Assembly (NCBI GenBank): GCA_038143065.1 | Contig: JAYQLI010000041.1 | Location: forward strand, 1 to 48,604 | Source: Rhodospirillales bacterium | Lineage (GTDB): Bacteria; Pseudomonadota; Alphaproteobacteria; Bin95 | Reading direction: 5' to 3' | Length of the DNA stretch: 48,604 nt | Shown: positions 10,918 to 23,800 of the stretch, piece after piece | Position numbering within the stretch: the first letter of the stretch is position 1 | Layout of the letters: every line of letters begins with the position of its first letter | The notes under the pieces: model-generated | The model's input: only the letters and a program-made list of their open reading frames with translations | What the model was told of the DNA's origin: nothing | The model's database searches: none | Program-made: the position numbers and the translations under genes

Positions 10918-12267
10918 GTGGAAACTGGCATTTCAAACGCGAATCAATCCAAAGGAAAAGGGCGGCCACGCAATACCGAGTCCGCCGTCGCAAGCCTTGT
11001 GGATGTCCTGAACCTTGTTCGTTTAGGGCGCGCAACAACCCGTCAGGAACTGGAACGCGTCGGAGAATACGGACGTGCCATCGTCGCAGACAGGCTGGCC
11101 ACACTTAAGGATTTGGGACTGGTCGACGAAAGCGCCACAGGTGCCGCGACTGGCGGAAGGGCGCCCAGGCTTGTCCAAATTATCAAAGACCGAGCGCGCT
11201 TGGCGGTCGTCAACCTTGAGCAATCGGCCGTTGGTGTAGGGATTGCAGACCTGAGCGGCAAAATTCTGGCAGAACACCACGAACTTATCGATATCGCTAA
11301 TCAGAACATGACAGTCGACAGAATTAGCGCCTTGATCAAATGGATGATATCCCGCCAGACAGGTAGTGTTGATCTATGGGGAATATCGATCTCTGTCCCG
11401 GGTCCAGTCCTTGCCAACGCAGAAACCCCATTTCTTTCAGAGACACCTGATTTTCTTCCCAACTGGGACAGATCCGGCCTGATCGAAACACTGACGCAAA
11501 GGTTTCAAGCTCCGATTTGGATGCGTTCGAATGTCGAGACCATGACAATGGGTGAATTCCACGGTGGGGCAGGCGTTGGATTGCAGTCCATGCTGTTTGT
11601 AAAAGTCGGGCAACGCATCGGAGCAGGGTTGGTCAATGACGGACATCTTTATCATGGCTCATCAGGCGCCGTCGGCCTGATCGGACAACTTCCGGTCCAT
11701 TACAACGACATGACAGGCACACTGGATGCAATGGCCGGGTCCGGCATGATGAAGGCGCAGGGCGCTGCCGTCGCCGCATCTGGTGCATGTCCTCAACTGG
11801 CTGACATTTTGGCCCGCACTGGCGACGTGAACGCAATAGATGTGTGTCAGGCCGCCCAAATGGGAGATACGGCCAGCACCGAAATTGTCGTACAAAGCGG
11901 ACGCCTGATAGGGGGTGTCGTGGCCACCTTGGCCAACCTGCTAAATCCGCAACTCATTGTCCTTGCCGGATCAATTTCTCAATCAAACGACATATTGTTG
12001 GCCAGCTTTCGCGAAGCCGTTTATGGCGCATCGCACCCTCTGGTCACTCGGGATTTGCGCATCCTGAAATCACAAATGAGCAGTTCCGCCGCTCTTTTGG
12101 GGGCCGCCAACATAGCAATCGAAGCTCTATTCGATCCGGTTTTCCTGAAAGACTGGATTATCCTCGGCGCCCCCACCAAACACCCGAAATTTGTGCAGAG
12201 CTTGACTCATGCAGCCAACAAGGCGCAAACCTTTGTAGACGGGCCTCCCCCTCCGCCAGAAATATGA
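10918..12267 (+). CDS. ROK family transcriptional regulator
   Basis: N-terminal HTH, TGGRAP, ISVPGPV, IGAGLV..G.LYHG..GAVG; divergent from the operon. Confidence 0.9.
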   Translation: METGISNANQSKGKGRPRNTESAVASLVDVLNLVRLGRATTRQELERVGEYGRAIVADRLATLKDLGLVDESATGAATGGRAPRLVQIIKDRARLAVVNLEQSAVGVGIADLSGKILAEHHELIDIANQNMTVDRISALIKWMISRQTGSVDLWGISISVPGPVLANAETPFLSETPDFLPNWDRSGLIETLTQRFQAPIWMRSNVETMTMGEFHGGAGVGLQSMLFVKVGQRIGAGLVNDGHLYHGSSGAVGLIGQLPVHYNDMTGTLDAMAGSGMMKAQGAAVAASGACPQLADILARTGDVNAIDVCQAAQMGDTASTEIVVQSGRLIGGVVATLANLLNPQLIVLAGSISQSNDILLASFREAVYGASHPLVTRDLRILKSQMSSSAALLGAANIAIEALFDPVFLKDWIILGAPTKHPKFVQSLTHAANKAQTFVDGPPPPPEI

Positions 12268-12278
12268 AGGAGACTTGA

Positions 12279-13259
12279 ATGACAATCGTCGGACTAGGAC
12301 CGCATGGCGAACGCGCCTCACCACCAGAGCGGGTTACTTTGTTGCCTCAAGACATAGAGTCCGCCCGGGTCAAGAAGCTGCGCATTGCCATCGTCATGCA
12401 TACGATGGAAAGCGATTGGTCCAAGCATCTTGTCCAAGGGATCGTCGGTGTACTTGGCGAATGCGGAGCTATTGTAATTGACGTTGTGGATTGTGACTTT
12501 TCCCCAGCAAAGCAAATCGAAGCTTTAAACCGCATGTGCGCTGAAAACCCAGATGCGATTATTTCGTTACCCGTCGATAACGCGACTGTCGCCGATGCCC
12601 ATATTGCTGCTGCAAGAGCGGGTATAAAGCTCGTGTTGATTGACAATGCCCCGATCGGCATGCTTCCGGGTAAGGACTATATTTCGCTTGTTTCGGCTGA
12701 CAATTACGGGTTGGGGAAAATCGCAGCAGAACTTTTGTCGGAACATCTGCCTCCGAATTCAATTGTGGGAGTTATCGGGTATGACGCAGATTTCTTTGCA
12801 TCCAATGAACGAGAAATAGCGTTTGGTCAGTGGATTGAGATCAATCGGCCAGACGTCATACTGAAAACTGCCCGATTTGCATCCATTGAAACCGCAGGGT
12901 CCGAAGCTGTTGCTCTTGTCGAGAAGAACCCCGAGATTTCGGGATTATTCGCGGTGTGGGATACCCCGTGCGAGGAAATCCTAAAGGCATTCTCGCAACG
13001 GGAATTTAAGCTGCCCATCACGACTGTGGACCTGGGGAATGAGGTAACAATTAACCTATCAAGCGGTGGTTCCGTCGTAGGTATTGCGGGCCAACGGCCT
13101 TTTCAGCAAGGAGAAGTTGCGGCAAGAACAACAATAACGTCCTTTTTGAACCGCCCTTGCCCCGATTGGGTCGCCCTGCCGGGAATTCCAATTTCCCGAT
13201 CGAATGTAATCGAAAGCTATCAGTTTATTTGGCGAAAACCTGCACCTAAAGGAAATTGA
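12279..13259 (+). CDS. Periplasmic-binding-fold sugar-binding protein without signal peptide
   Basis: Paralog of 8754-9872 (GPHGE, AIVMH...DWS, SADNYGLG, TVDLG, QRPFQQG); no hydrophobic leader. Confidence 0.82.
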   Translation: MTIVGLGPHGERASPPERVTLLPQDIESARVKKLRIAIVMHTMESDWSKHLVQGIVGVLGECGAIVIDVVDCDFSPAKQIEALNRMCAENPDAIISLPVDNATVADAHIAAARAGIKLVLIDNAPIGMLPGKDYISLVSADNYGLGKIAAELLSEHLPPNSIVGVIGYDADFFASNEREIAFGQWIEINRPDVILKTARFASIETAGSEAVALVEKNPEISGLFAVWDTPCEEILKAFSQREFKLPITTVDLGNEVTINLSSGGSVVGIAGQRPFQQGEVAARTTITSFLNRPCPDWVALPGIPISRSNVIESYQFIWRKPAPKGN

Positions 13260-13509
13260 CACTCCCAAAAGGGAGTTTCCCTCCCTCACACCCCCGCGGT
13301 CTACGCCCCGAAATACCGTTAGGACTGATTAAAGTTCTCGCTTACGTTCAATCGCAGGAATAGACAAAGCCAAAAGATGGTGGGTCGGAGACCAAGGAAA
13401 ATGCATAAATGGCTTGCAATAAAATGTGCCGATAGTGTTTGCTAGCTGTTTGGATATTATCATCCAATTGCTGCATCAGACACTCTCGCTCCGATAATGG
13501 TCAAATAGG

Positions 13510-14701
13510 TTAATGCAATCGTATCGCAAGCAACCATTTGAAGAGAGATGCCAGATTGTATCCACGACCGTACTTGTCCCCAATGCTATTTCGAGACCAT
13601 CCACCAAGATGATCAATCAGGTCTGACGGGCACTCGACTACACGTAATCTATCCCGAAACGCATGACGCAAAGAATGCACGACAATTGCCTCACTTATAG
13701 ATTTCTGGAGCCATTTGTTTAAACTCGCACTTGCTGAATTTGCATTCAGATGGCTAGTTGACGCATAGCGGGGAAATACAACTTCTGAAGTTCTGTGCGC
13801 TTGTAATCTCATCGCTGCCCATAAGCTATTTCCAGTAAGCGGCAGCACACGTTCACTACTGGTGGTTTTCAGTCGGCGGATTGCGTTTGGTCGAACGTGG
13901 ACGTGTGGAACATCACCTGACAAGACAATGTCATCCCATAGCAAACCTGCTGCTTCGGACAATCGCATGCCAGTATCAAGTATCAATGCTAAGAGCCACC
14001 GTTGGTCATCATCTGCAACACGACACTCTTTACTCAGTTTCCTTAACTCAGACACAGTCGGAACATATCGTTTCTGGGCTTCTCCGCCTTCACCCAGGTA
14101 TACACCACTGAAAACACCTGTTGGCTGAAGACCCTCTTCCCGAAGAACGAAGTTTATTATGGCCCTTACGTTGGTAAAGTTACGGCTGATGCTATCTTTA
14201 GACAGACCCCTGCTCTTGAAGTAATCGCGAAAAGCGTTTGCATCGCTTCTGGCAAAGGTATCAATGCGCTTGTCTCCGCATATGTGGAATCAAATAGCCA
14301 GTGGAGCGACGAGCACCTGCCTCAAACGTTTGCGACCTCCCAGCGCCTTTGAGTTTGACGTATGTTTCGACCGCATCGCTAAGAAACGGCGCAGTGCTAT
14401 CGTTTGTTGAAGCAATAGGATCTACCTTAGATACAGCCGTTCCAAACAACTGACCTATAAGCTCGTTCCGAGAACGCCGTCTCAGGATTGACCACTGATC
14501 ATCTAGTTCTTGTGTTAACAGAGCAGCCTGTTGTGCTGCACGGCTTCGACAAACTGTATGCAAACAGGTCTCGAATCTTGCTGTTTTGGAGTACTGTTGG
14601 AGCTCTTTTGGCACTCTTCTAGAGTAATAATAGGTCTTTCCTTTGAGCTTCAGGTAGTGAGGACGCTGGTGGTCCATGTGGTGGCCTCCCACGATTGACA
14701 T
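13510..14701 (-). CDS. Tyrosine recombinase/integrase with DUF6538-type N-terminus, frameshift near 14270
   Basis: YYYSRRVPKEL; TGMRLSEA, LKT, HSLRHAFRDRLR, GW, Y catalytic set. Confidence 0.92.
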
Positions 14702-14765
14702 GACAGTAAATCGTTGGAAATCAGTGGTTTAACCTGAGATAACTTAGGAAAGTGGTGCCCCAGAG
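14681..14765 (-). repeat. Right inverted repeat: att core plus integrase leader
   Basis: Reverse complement of 2237-2322. Confidence 0.95.
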
Positions 14766-14872
14766 GGCTAAGGCCTGATTATATTATTATTTTTATTCAG
14801 TATCTTATGGGATCTTCAATCTAGCAAAGTGGTCCCAAAAGCGGTCCTAAAACAGCTTTAAAGACCACTTCT

Positions 14873-17800
14873 TTAGATATAGTCATAAACAATATTCAAC
14901 TGATCCAGTGACGTTACATCCGTACCCGCGAGATCTATTGTGAGGTTATTCCAAACAAGATTTCCATTGCTGATGTTGCTTTGATCTAACTCGCTTTGCC
15001 CCGACGCTAAGTAGAACTTTAGCTTATCGTCCGAACTATAGTCACTAATAGTATCAGTCTGAGCATTTGTGCTCGACACAAATTCAAATACATCAGCGCC
15101 TGTCCCACCGATCAATGTGTCGTTTCCTTCACCACCAAACAAGACATCATTCCCTGCACCACCATTCAAGGTATCATCACCTTCTGCAGCCCAAAGAATG
15201 TCGTCTCCGGCCTCCCTTCCAAAGTAAGAGAAATTCCACCCATATCGAAAGTTGGCGAAGTCAGGTCAATTATATCGTTACCAGCACCAGCCTTAATTGT
15301 TTCAAGATTCAGTGCACGAGCTACTGTGGTTATACCAAGACCGTCATCTACTGCTGTTAAACTGGAGTGCAGCCCTGAATAACTGTCATGCAAGAAAACA
15401 CATCCCCTGTTGTGCTGTCAGACAGGATAAGTGTGTCAGCATCGTCTCCTGCATCTAGCACAGTTGAATACTTGGTCTTTCCATCAAGTGCTTGCCGATC
15501 GTTCGTTTCAACATTCCAAGCTCGATAGGAAGAGCTCCATGTATCTGAACTTTGCAGCGTGATGGTATCATTACCAGCTTCCGCCTGAACCAAGTCTGCA
15601 CCCTCACCGGCTGAAATATGATCCACTTGATCTGTGCCTAAGAGTAAATCTGAAGCAGGAGTCTGGCTATCATTCAGGAGCGGCAGATTGGTATTAACGC
15701 TCGGTAATGCTGTTGAAGCTATTAGATCAGCTACTTTAAATCGATGTATTTCAACTATGTTCTCAAAACTTACAGTTGCTGTAATCGATGAGAGATCATC
15801 TATCAGACTAACATCGACAGCACCCGTTTCTAGATTAACCAGACCCTCTTGCGAACTTACCCACGAAATAGAGCCCCCGTTCCAATTATCTGGAAGCTTA
15901 ATATAGTTGGCTTTGGTAACAAAATCGTTGTATCCTACAAGTACATTAGCAAGCGCATTTGGATTAACCATTGTTGCAATTATTTTATTGTCAGCGTAGG
16001 CAATGTCGCTTCCGCGAGTATCGACTAAGTCAACACGAACGAGCTCACCCTTGACGGGCAGGTTCATGCCAAACATTCTGTCACCATGAACTGCCCCGTT
16101 AGGCACCGCGAGATGTTCAGTGGACAACCCAGCATCAGTCATGTAGGTGACACGAGCGACGAAGTCGGTGTTTGACACTATATCACCTGAGTTACGAAGC
16201 ACGTCGAAGTAGTCGGCTGGCAGGTCGCCAATGCTTTTACGAACTCGCATCGTAATATCGGGTGACGGGATCGCCCCGGCAACTAAAGCACTGCCGTTGA
16301 TATCGATTAGATCCGCAGTAAGATAGTAGACATCTTGGTTAAACTTGTGTGGTAGACGTGCTTCGTCAAAGCCAAACGGATTTTGCGAATTTATAACAAC
16401 CCACTCTTTTGTAAAGTTAAGAGTGTGAACGCTTTGATCATCCAGCGTAACTTTTATCAAGAACGCATTGGGCGTTTCGTTGTCAATCTTGATCTTGTTT
16501 CCGGGGTTATCAGGCCGCTCTTTGATGGAAATAACGGTGGTGTAACCACGATCTGCGCTACGCTCATCTGTGTATATTAATTCGGCTAGAACAATCTCCC
16601 TTGCTTCGCCAGCTACACCTGTAATTTCACCGGTATTAAAAGTTCGCTCAGGCAGATCCCATATAGAGAAGTAACCATCACCAGCGTATCCGCCGTCTTC
16701 ACTATCGACACCATCAATCTCGTTCGGGGACCATTTAACCAGCCTATCGGCGTTTGGCATCAACCGCTCAGACAATTCCCAGTCTGAGAATAAGGCAAAC
16801 TGATAGTCAGAGGCCTTGCTCTGACTTCCTGCCATTGGCGAAGTCACCATAGAAACGTTTCCAGATCCATCAATGCGATAGTTAGGAAGGTAAACGCCAT
16901 TGTCCTGATCAAACGCCCAGTCGGACCCTATCATACCGTTGTTGACGTAACTAACGACCGTTCCGTCATCTAGAGTATCAGTAATTTCAAATGAAATGTC
17001 CGGATTTACACCCGAGTTATATGGAAAACTGGCGTCAAAAGCGACGTGACCAATTCCCCCCCATGACCAAAGAATTCGTGTTGAGTAATAATCGTACCTA
17101 CATCACCGCCGCCTTTGTAACCACCACCAACGCCACCACCTTCGCCGGCATCTATACTGGTATTGGAATACCAACCGTTGTGGGTCCAACCACCAGCAAG
17201 GAAGTTTGCACCAACCATCTTAGCCGAGTTGGCGTAGGCCCAATTAATAGTTCCACCGTATCCACCACCTCCCCAAAAGGTGTCAGCTCCTGGCAAGTTG
17301 TCCTTATCACCCGTCATAAGCATAGGTGTAGACATAGACCCATTTGCATTAATGGCTTTTTCAACAATGTCTATTGGCCATGTAAGGAAGCGAATACCTG
17401 CAAAAGGTGACTTGGCCAAAACCTCTTCGCCTAAGCTTGTTAAACCGCCTTCTATGCGACCGATATCTTTATCCACTCCTAATGAAGCGTGATAAAGCGA
17501 CATCGTGACAACAGCACCCGCTCCTACGTCAGGAGAAATGAGTCCGCTCTCATCCTCAATCAAATCATAGCCCAGCGACTCTAAGGAGTAGGGGGAACCA
17601 TTTACCAGCAACTCAAATGTTATTCCAGGCGCCACCCACGCTCCGGGAACGCTCACCACATAGCTGTCATCAAGCGTATGCCCACGATCCAAATCGGCAA
17701 GATTGGTATCTGAAGGAAGATCAACACTTTTTGGCAGTAGATCAGGTCCGCTGAGCACACGCTGCCCTAACTTATTCCCCTGTGCATCATATACAGCAAC

Positions 17801-20800
17801 CTCGAATTCCGGTGCCGGCTGCCCCGAAGCACTCGTCGCATTCACTTTAAACTGCACCCAGCGATCTGCAACCAACTTCAAGTAGGGATCATCTGGACGT
17901 TGAACGTAAGTTTGAGCAAAAAAGACATCTTCCAATACAAAATCGTCAGAGATCGGCGTTGAATAATCCGCCTCGATAGCGACATATTCAGGATCGTCAA
18001 AGCGGATTTCAGTGATGCTGACTGGGCTATCCGTGTATTCCGTATATGGAATAATTTTAATTGCTGCGGGTGTACTAGTATTCACTCCGTCGCTTACAGT
18101 GACATGGAACTGATCATACCCTTTAAACTCTTCGCCGTTCGGAACATAAGTGTATGCACCGGTCACCGAGTCCAGTGTTAACGTGCCGAAAATCGGTGCG
18201 TCCACTAATTCAAATGTTAAGTTACGGCCTTCAGGGTCTGTTGCGTCGATCTTGCCTTGAATGGCACCAAGCGTTGTTGCGCCACTACTGTCGCCATTCT
18301 CAACGATAGCGGAAACAAGCGGCTCGTAGTTGGGTAGATCTGTTAGCGTAAAGTCAACAATATCGCGACCGAGCATATCCTTCACTGTGACGAGCAAATT
18401 TTCACCTGACGCGTCGGTAGTCTGATCAAATCTCAAATATTTAAAACGTGAATCGCCATTTGCTATGTAAAGACGCCCAAAATGACCCAAAGGAACATCA
18501 ACAAAATTATATTCAACTCCATCAGGGTCCTTCATTTTCAGATTGATGCGATACACTTTGTTCTGATCGGATTTGGGAACAGCAAACGTCGCTGAAGAAG
18601 TCGTTGCATCAGCTGAATTTTCAGCGTAAACGCCATCGTTAATTTCTATTAAGGATCCGACGACTTCAGGAGTGCGGCCTGCTTCTTTTGCAATCACAAA
18701 ATCATAAAAAACTAACTCAGAGCCTGAGTCGCTCTGCGCGAGTTGAATCGTATTAGAGGCTGAATCATATTGAACGTTAACAGATCGCCCTGATGGCAAT
18801 CGAGAGTTAATTTCTGTTTCAATCGAACTTGCTAGCTCTGAAAGATTATTGCTCAGATTTAATTCAATATATTCCAGTGCCGCCACGTCTTGATCGTCGG
18901 CGTCTTTAATGCGTAGGAACAACGCTGCTGCTTGCTCAGCATCGGACTCGTAAAGACTTAGCTGACTACCTGGGATGTGGTTGAATTCTTCGAGAAGGTT
19001 TAACGTTTGATTATCAATAAGCGGGGTTTGGTTACCACAGAGACTCTCAAGCGTTAGATCGTCAAATATCAGATCAGGTGTAATTTCAAGAGTCGAGGAA
19101 GCGCTCGAACTAAGAAGCTCACTAACTACCGCTATGGCATCGAGTGCAGTTCCATCAGAGGGTAAGGCTTGACCCGACAAAACTGAGCTGGGTATTACTT
19201 CAAACACCTCAGAACCAGGTACTTTCCATGCTACATTGAAATAATTGAAGTCTTTACCCCACTCATCGTTACTACCGCCATCCTCATACAAAATCCAAAA
19301 GCGATAGCTGCCGTTCTGTTCCAAAGTAATGGGAATATTCGCACCATCAAACTTAGTTTTGTAACGATCGACGTAATGGCGCTGAATTCCACCCTCCATT
19401 TCGATGTAGAGGGCTAAACGGTCATCCGCTAACACATTCAGAACGTATTCCCCGCCCAGTTCAGGCGTCAGAACCCCCGCCAATGCAATAATTGACTCAT
19501 TAGATGCAACCAACGCAGCGTCGAGCGTAGTGTCAATTAGATTTGTGGTTAGCTTTTCTTGTGAAACCTTACCCTTTGTCGGGAGGGTGGGAACTTCATC
19601 GTAAGCTAAGCGTTTCGGTGGTGAAGAAAACAGGGGTAGTTGCTTTTAGAAACTCAATATCAATGAGTTTATTAAAGTCACTAACGCCCTCAATAACAAA
19701 GCAAGAAACGGCATTTGAAAGAGGGCCATGAGTCGACACATAAAAATTTACCTGCTCTACCGCCCCATCAGGCAAATTGCGTATTGCAGTCATAACCGCA
19801 TTGCCTGCAGCGACTACAGCACCGTCATGACTAATTACATTCGTGTCCGAACTAATCCAATCGAGATTACCCAGAGCATCCTGATTTGGTATATTCAAAC
19901 GACCAGCAACGGTAATTGGTGCTGACGCTGATAGTCCTATAGCGGGATCAAGAGCCAGTTGGTCTCCAGCCACATTATGATGCAATAAACCATTCAGCAG
20001 GTCTTCATCAAATAAATCTACTCTAGTCGGTACATATACCTGATTGAGAGGGCCTCCGTTGGCACGAGCGACATCTAACCCTAATGAACTTATGAAATCT
20101 TGCATGGGCTGCTGAATGGTCGTTGTTCCTAGATTAAGAATTACACCACCATCTGTACGAGCCATCCAATCACGAAGCGTATTAATCTCTTCAATTGTGG
20201 CGTTCCCCTCAAGGATCACAAGGTCAACAGGCTCTGACCAGGTGCTGTCTGCATCCAACGCATCAGAAGGAATATCCCCGGAGTTAAGAGCACCACTAAC
20301 CGATGAGGGCTTGCTGTAATTGAAAGACGTAATCTTAATCGAATGGGCGTCATCCGCGGAGTAGTTATAGGTACGAGCGTCTTTGTAGGTAAAATCGCTA
20401 GTAACCATTGGGTCGCCCAAGTTCAGAACATAGAGAGTAGTATCACTATCCGTTCCTCTGTTGATCCCACTCGCCCAGTTCATGGCATTGAAAACAACAC
20501 GTCCCCAATCGCCATTCCCCGGATCTTGGTACAAACCTTCTTGCATTAAATTCTGGTTCGCAAATAGAGCAACACGTCCGCCTGTTTGCTGTTGAGAGAA
20601 CGCTACCAAGCCGCCTTTATCGGTATTAAAGAGAGTGCTCGTTAACGACCATCATCAGCCTGTGTGTAGGATTTCGTCGATAAATAGTCATAGTTCCCGC
20701 CTCTCAAAGTACCGTCAGAGTTGCGATCGATCATCACCAACCCTTCATTTAGGTTGACCGCTGACACGCCCTCAAAAAGCTTTGTCTTCACCAAAGAGAC

Positions 20801-23800
20801 AGAGTTATCCATTGTTAGCACATGCTGTTGCAGTTCAACTTTAAGCGTTACAGCCTGCACCGCCTGATTTTCACCATCACTGACGTTTACAGAGAATACG
20901 TATTCGCTCTTATCTGCAGCTATAGCGGCCTGTTTAAGACGGACCTCTCCTGTTACCGCATCAATACTCAAGAATGAAGCATCCGTACCGCTAAGAGAGA
21001 AGGACAAGCTATCACCGTCAAAGTCCTGAGCAATCGCCTTAAACACAACTTTGCCTAGCGGGGCGTTCTCATCGATGAACCCCGTAGCATTAGAGTTCGA
21101 AAATTGGGGGGCATTATCATTTGCATTTATAACATTGAGTATAACTTGCTGAGCAGCATCAGTATTTACTCCATCTGATGCTATCACGTTGAAAGTGTAG
21201 AATGATTGAGTTTCATAATCCGCTGATGTCTTGAGTCTTACTTGTCCAGTTGCAGAGTTAATGACAAACTGCTCCGCATCTTTTCCGCTTAACGCATAGC
21301 TTAGGACGCTTCCGTCACCATCTGTCGCCTGCGCCGTAAAAACGACATTGTTGCAGACGAATTTTCGGCCACATCCACTAGAACTTGTTGTTCGGAAAAC
21401 TTTGGCATAGTTTCATCGATGTCATTGACCTCAACAATGACATCTTGCGTTGCCACCGGTCCCGCCATCAGATGCAGTGACAGTAAAGCTGTAGCTTCTC
21501 TTAACCTCGAAGTCAGATACAGACGTTAATCTTAACTCACCAGTCTCTGCGTCAATTAACGCCGCATCCTTATCAATTCCACTCAAGGTATAAGTTAGTG
21601 GATCTCCATCCTCATCAGATGCTGATGCATCAAACACTACAGCAGATGCCGATGAGTTCTCATCGATTCGGACGGTCTGTGTTGCAACATTAAAGGTAGG
21701 AGCATTATCGTTCAGGATGTTTACCCTTACCGAAAGAGTTTGGCTATCGCGTGGGTTTATACCATCGGTCAATGATAGGGTGAGGTCGTAACTCTGCTTA
21801 GCCTCGAAGTCTGCAGGCTGAAGAAGACTAACAGCGCCGCTTGGACTAACTGTGAACTGTGACGCATCCGGGCCCGATAATGAATAGCTAAGTGTTGCAT
21901 CTGAGGCAGAGTTATCGCTAAGTTCTGCAGTGTAGATTACCGGTAGTCCTGCATCGTTTTCGTCAACACTTAAACTTACCGTTTCAGATGCAAATTTAGG
22001 GGCGTTGGAGATAGGGGTTGCCATTGTTGAGGCAGACCAAGTAACCGTTAATGTTGGGCGCAATGAGACGTCAGTTGCCTCAAACGAATGTATTCCAGTT
22101 CCGTCTGAGTTGGTGCTCGGAATCAGCGCCCATCCGTAGTTGTTGGATTCGCCCGCAACCCAAGCTTTCAAGCTGTCAGTAACGTCAAAGGATAGCGTAG
22201 TAGCGCTCGTGGAAGAATTTGCTGAATCTTCGGCATCAGGAGCTAGCGAGACATTAGAAGGCAGTGAATCAGAGCCTTCCCAGGTAATGGAGCCTGACCA
22301 CTCAGATACAATTGGAACCAAGTCGAAAGCTGCAAATCCCTCGGTGGTCTTTAGCTGAAGGACTGCTTTAAAAACTTCAGATTGTAACTTAATCTGATCC
22401 TGTGCATCACCAAAAATCTCAGTAAATTGAATTAGCGGGATTGCCTTCTCGTCAGGGTTCCATCGTCCATCAACTACTATACTTTCTGAAGCCTCCTGCG
22501 AGCCTACAACCTCTTTACCTATGTATGTGTCCTGCCCTTTTGTAAATGTCGTCTCTTCACCAATCGCTGCCACCACACTTACTGTAGCCAATCCGCCATC
22601 GGAGTTTGCAACGTTAATTGTAATCCCTTCGCTACCATCAAAATCAGCATTGGGTGTAAACCGAAACTTCCCGCCACCCAGGGAAACAAGCTCACCGTTC
22701 GAAAAGTCAGCAGCAGGTGTGAACGTTAACGCACCATTGCTACCAAAATTCCAGACATTGTCAGACAAATCAAAATCAATACTGGTCGCTGAACCCTCCT
22801 TCAAAAACACCAACATTTCTTCGGAATGAATAACATCTATCACTGACCACTTAGCCAGATGCGCCACGGATCCGCGATCATCTGCGGTAATCTTGTGACC
22901 GTGCTTATCCTGGAAATCCCAAGCGTCAAAGTGAGGTGACAAATCACGACCAATAATCTTCGAGAGGCGCACAAACAGTTGTGATACTTCTTGCTGATCA
23001 TCCAGCCGGTTTGAGCCAAATCCCCAGGCAAGGCTTTCAGGACTATCGTCATAGTAAGTCCTAAAAAATGTTTTAAACGGCTCAAAGCCAAACTCTTGAA
23101 TAATTTGGTGATAGAACGTCAGCTTTTGCCATGCGTCCCCATCGCGGTAGGTGAGACTTTTATCAAAGAGCGAGTCCGCTTTTTCAACGCGACGATCAAC
23201 AGTCGTATTGTAGTGATAGATACCCAACTGGTCATATACGTAGAGTGTAAATATATTGACATTAACCTCGGAGTCGCCCCCGATGGTAAACTCTGTGTCC
23301 TGATGCAAATGAGCAAGTTCATGAAACGCGCCCCACAATCCCTCAGCCTTAAGAGACTGAAGATCTAAAAAGTTATCCGCATAATCAAGAGGGGCCTTAT
23401 TCGGATAACCCGCGCTCAAGTAGCCGGCTTGAGTATCTACATCGAACGAAAATGCTTCGGGCCTCAGTCGCTCCTTACCCGAGAGATCGTCAAGTATATC
23501 TATTACCTGACTCCACCAGGTCATAACTTCTGTGGGATTATCAAGCTCACGCAAGGTATTACTTGGTAGATACAGCACAATATTATCAGCTGCTAAGACG
23601 CCAAAGGGCGCTGGATTATCGCGAACCTCATTAACCCACTCGTCATTCGTTGTTTCACCCAGGATGAAATGTGGAGCCTCAATCGCACCATCGATTATGA
23701 GATTAACCGTTTGAGCTTGTGTGCCAAGTGGAACATCTAGATAGATTAGCCCACCAAACGCACCGGCAACCTTAATGATGGGTTCATCAATATCGTAAAT

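Larger units (their letters stand above)
2237..14765. mobile_element. Integrase-bearing sugar-catabolism element bounded by inverted att-like repeats
   Basis: Inverted repeats at both ends, tyrosine integrase at the right end, cargo visibly more GC-rich than its flanks. Confidence 0.7.

Noticed and set aside
2691-13289. Numerous antisense and overlapping ORFs in the sugar cluster
   Set aside because: Shadow frames of GC-rich genuine genes
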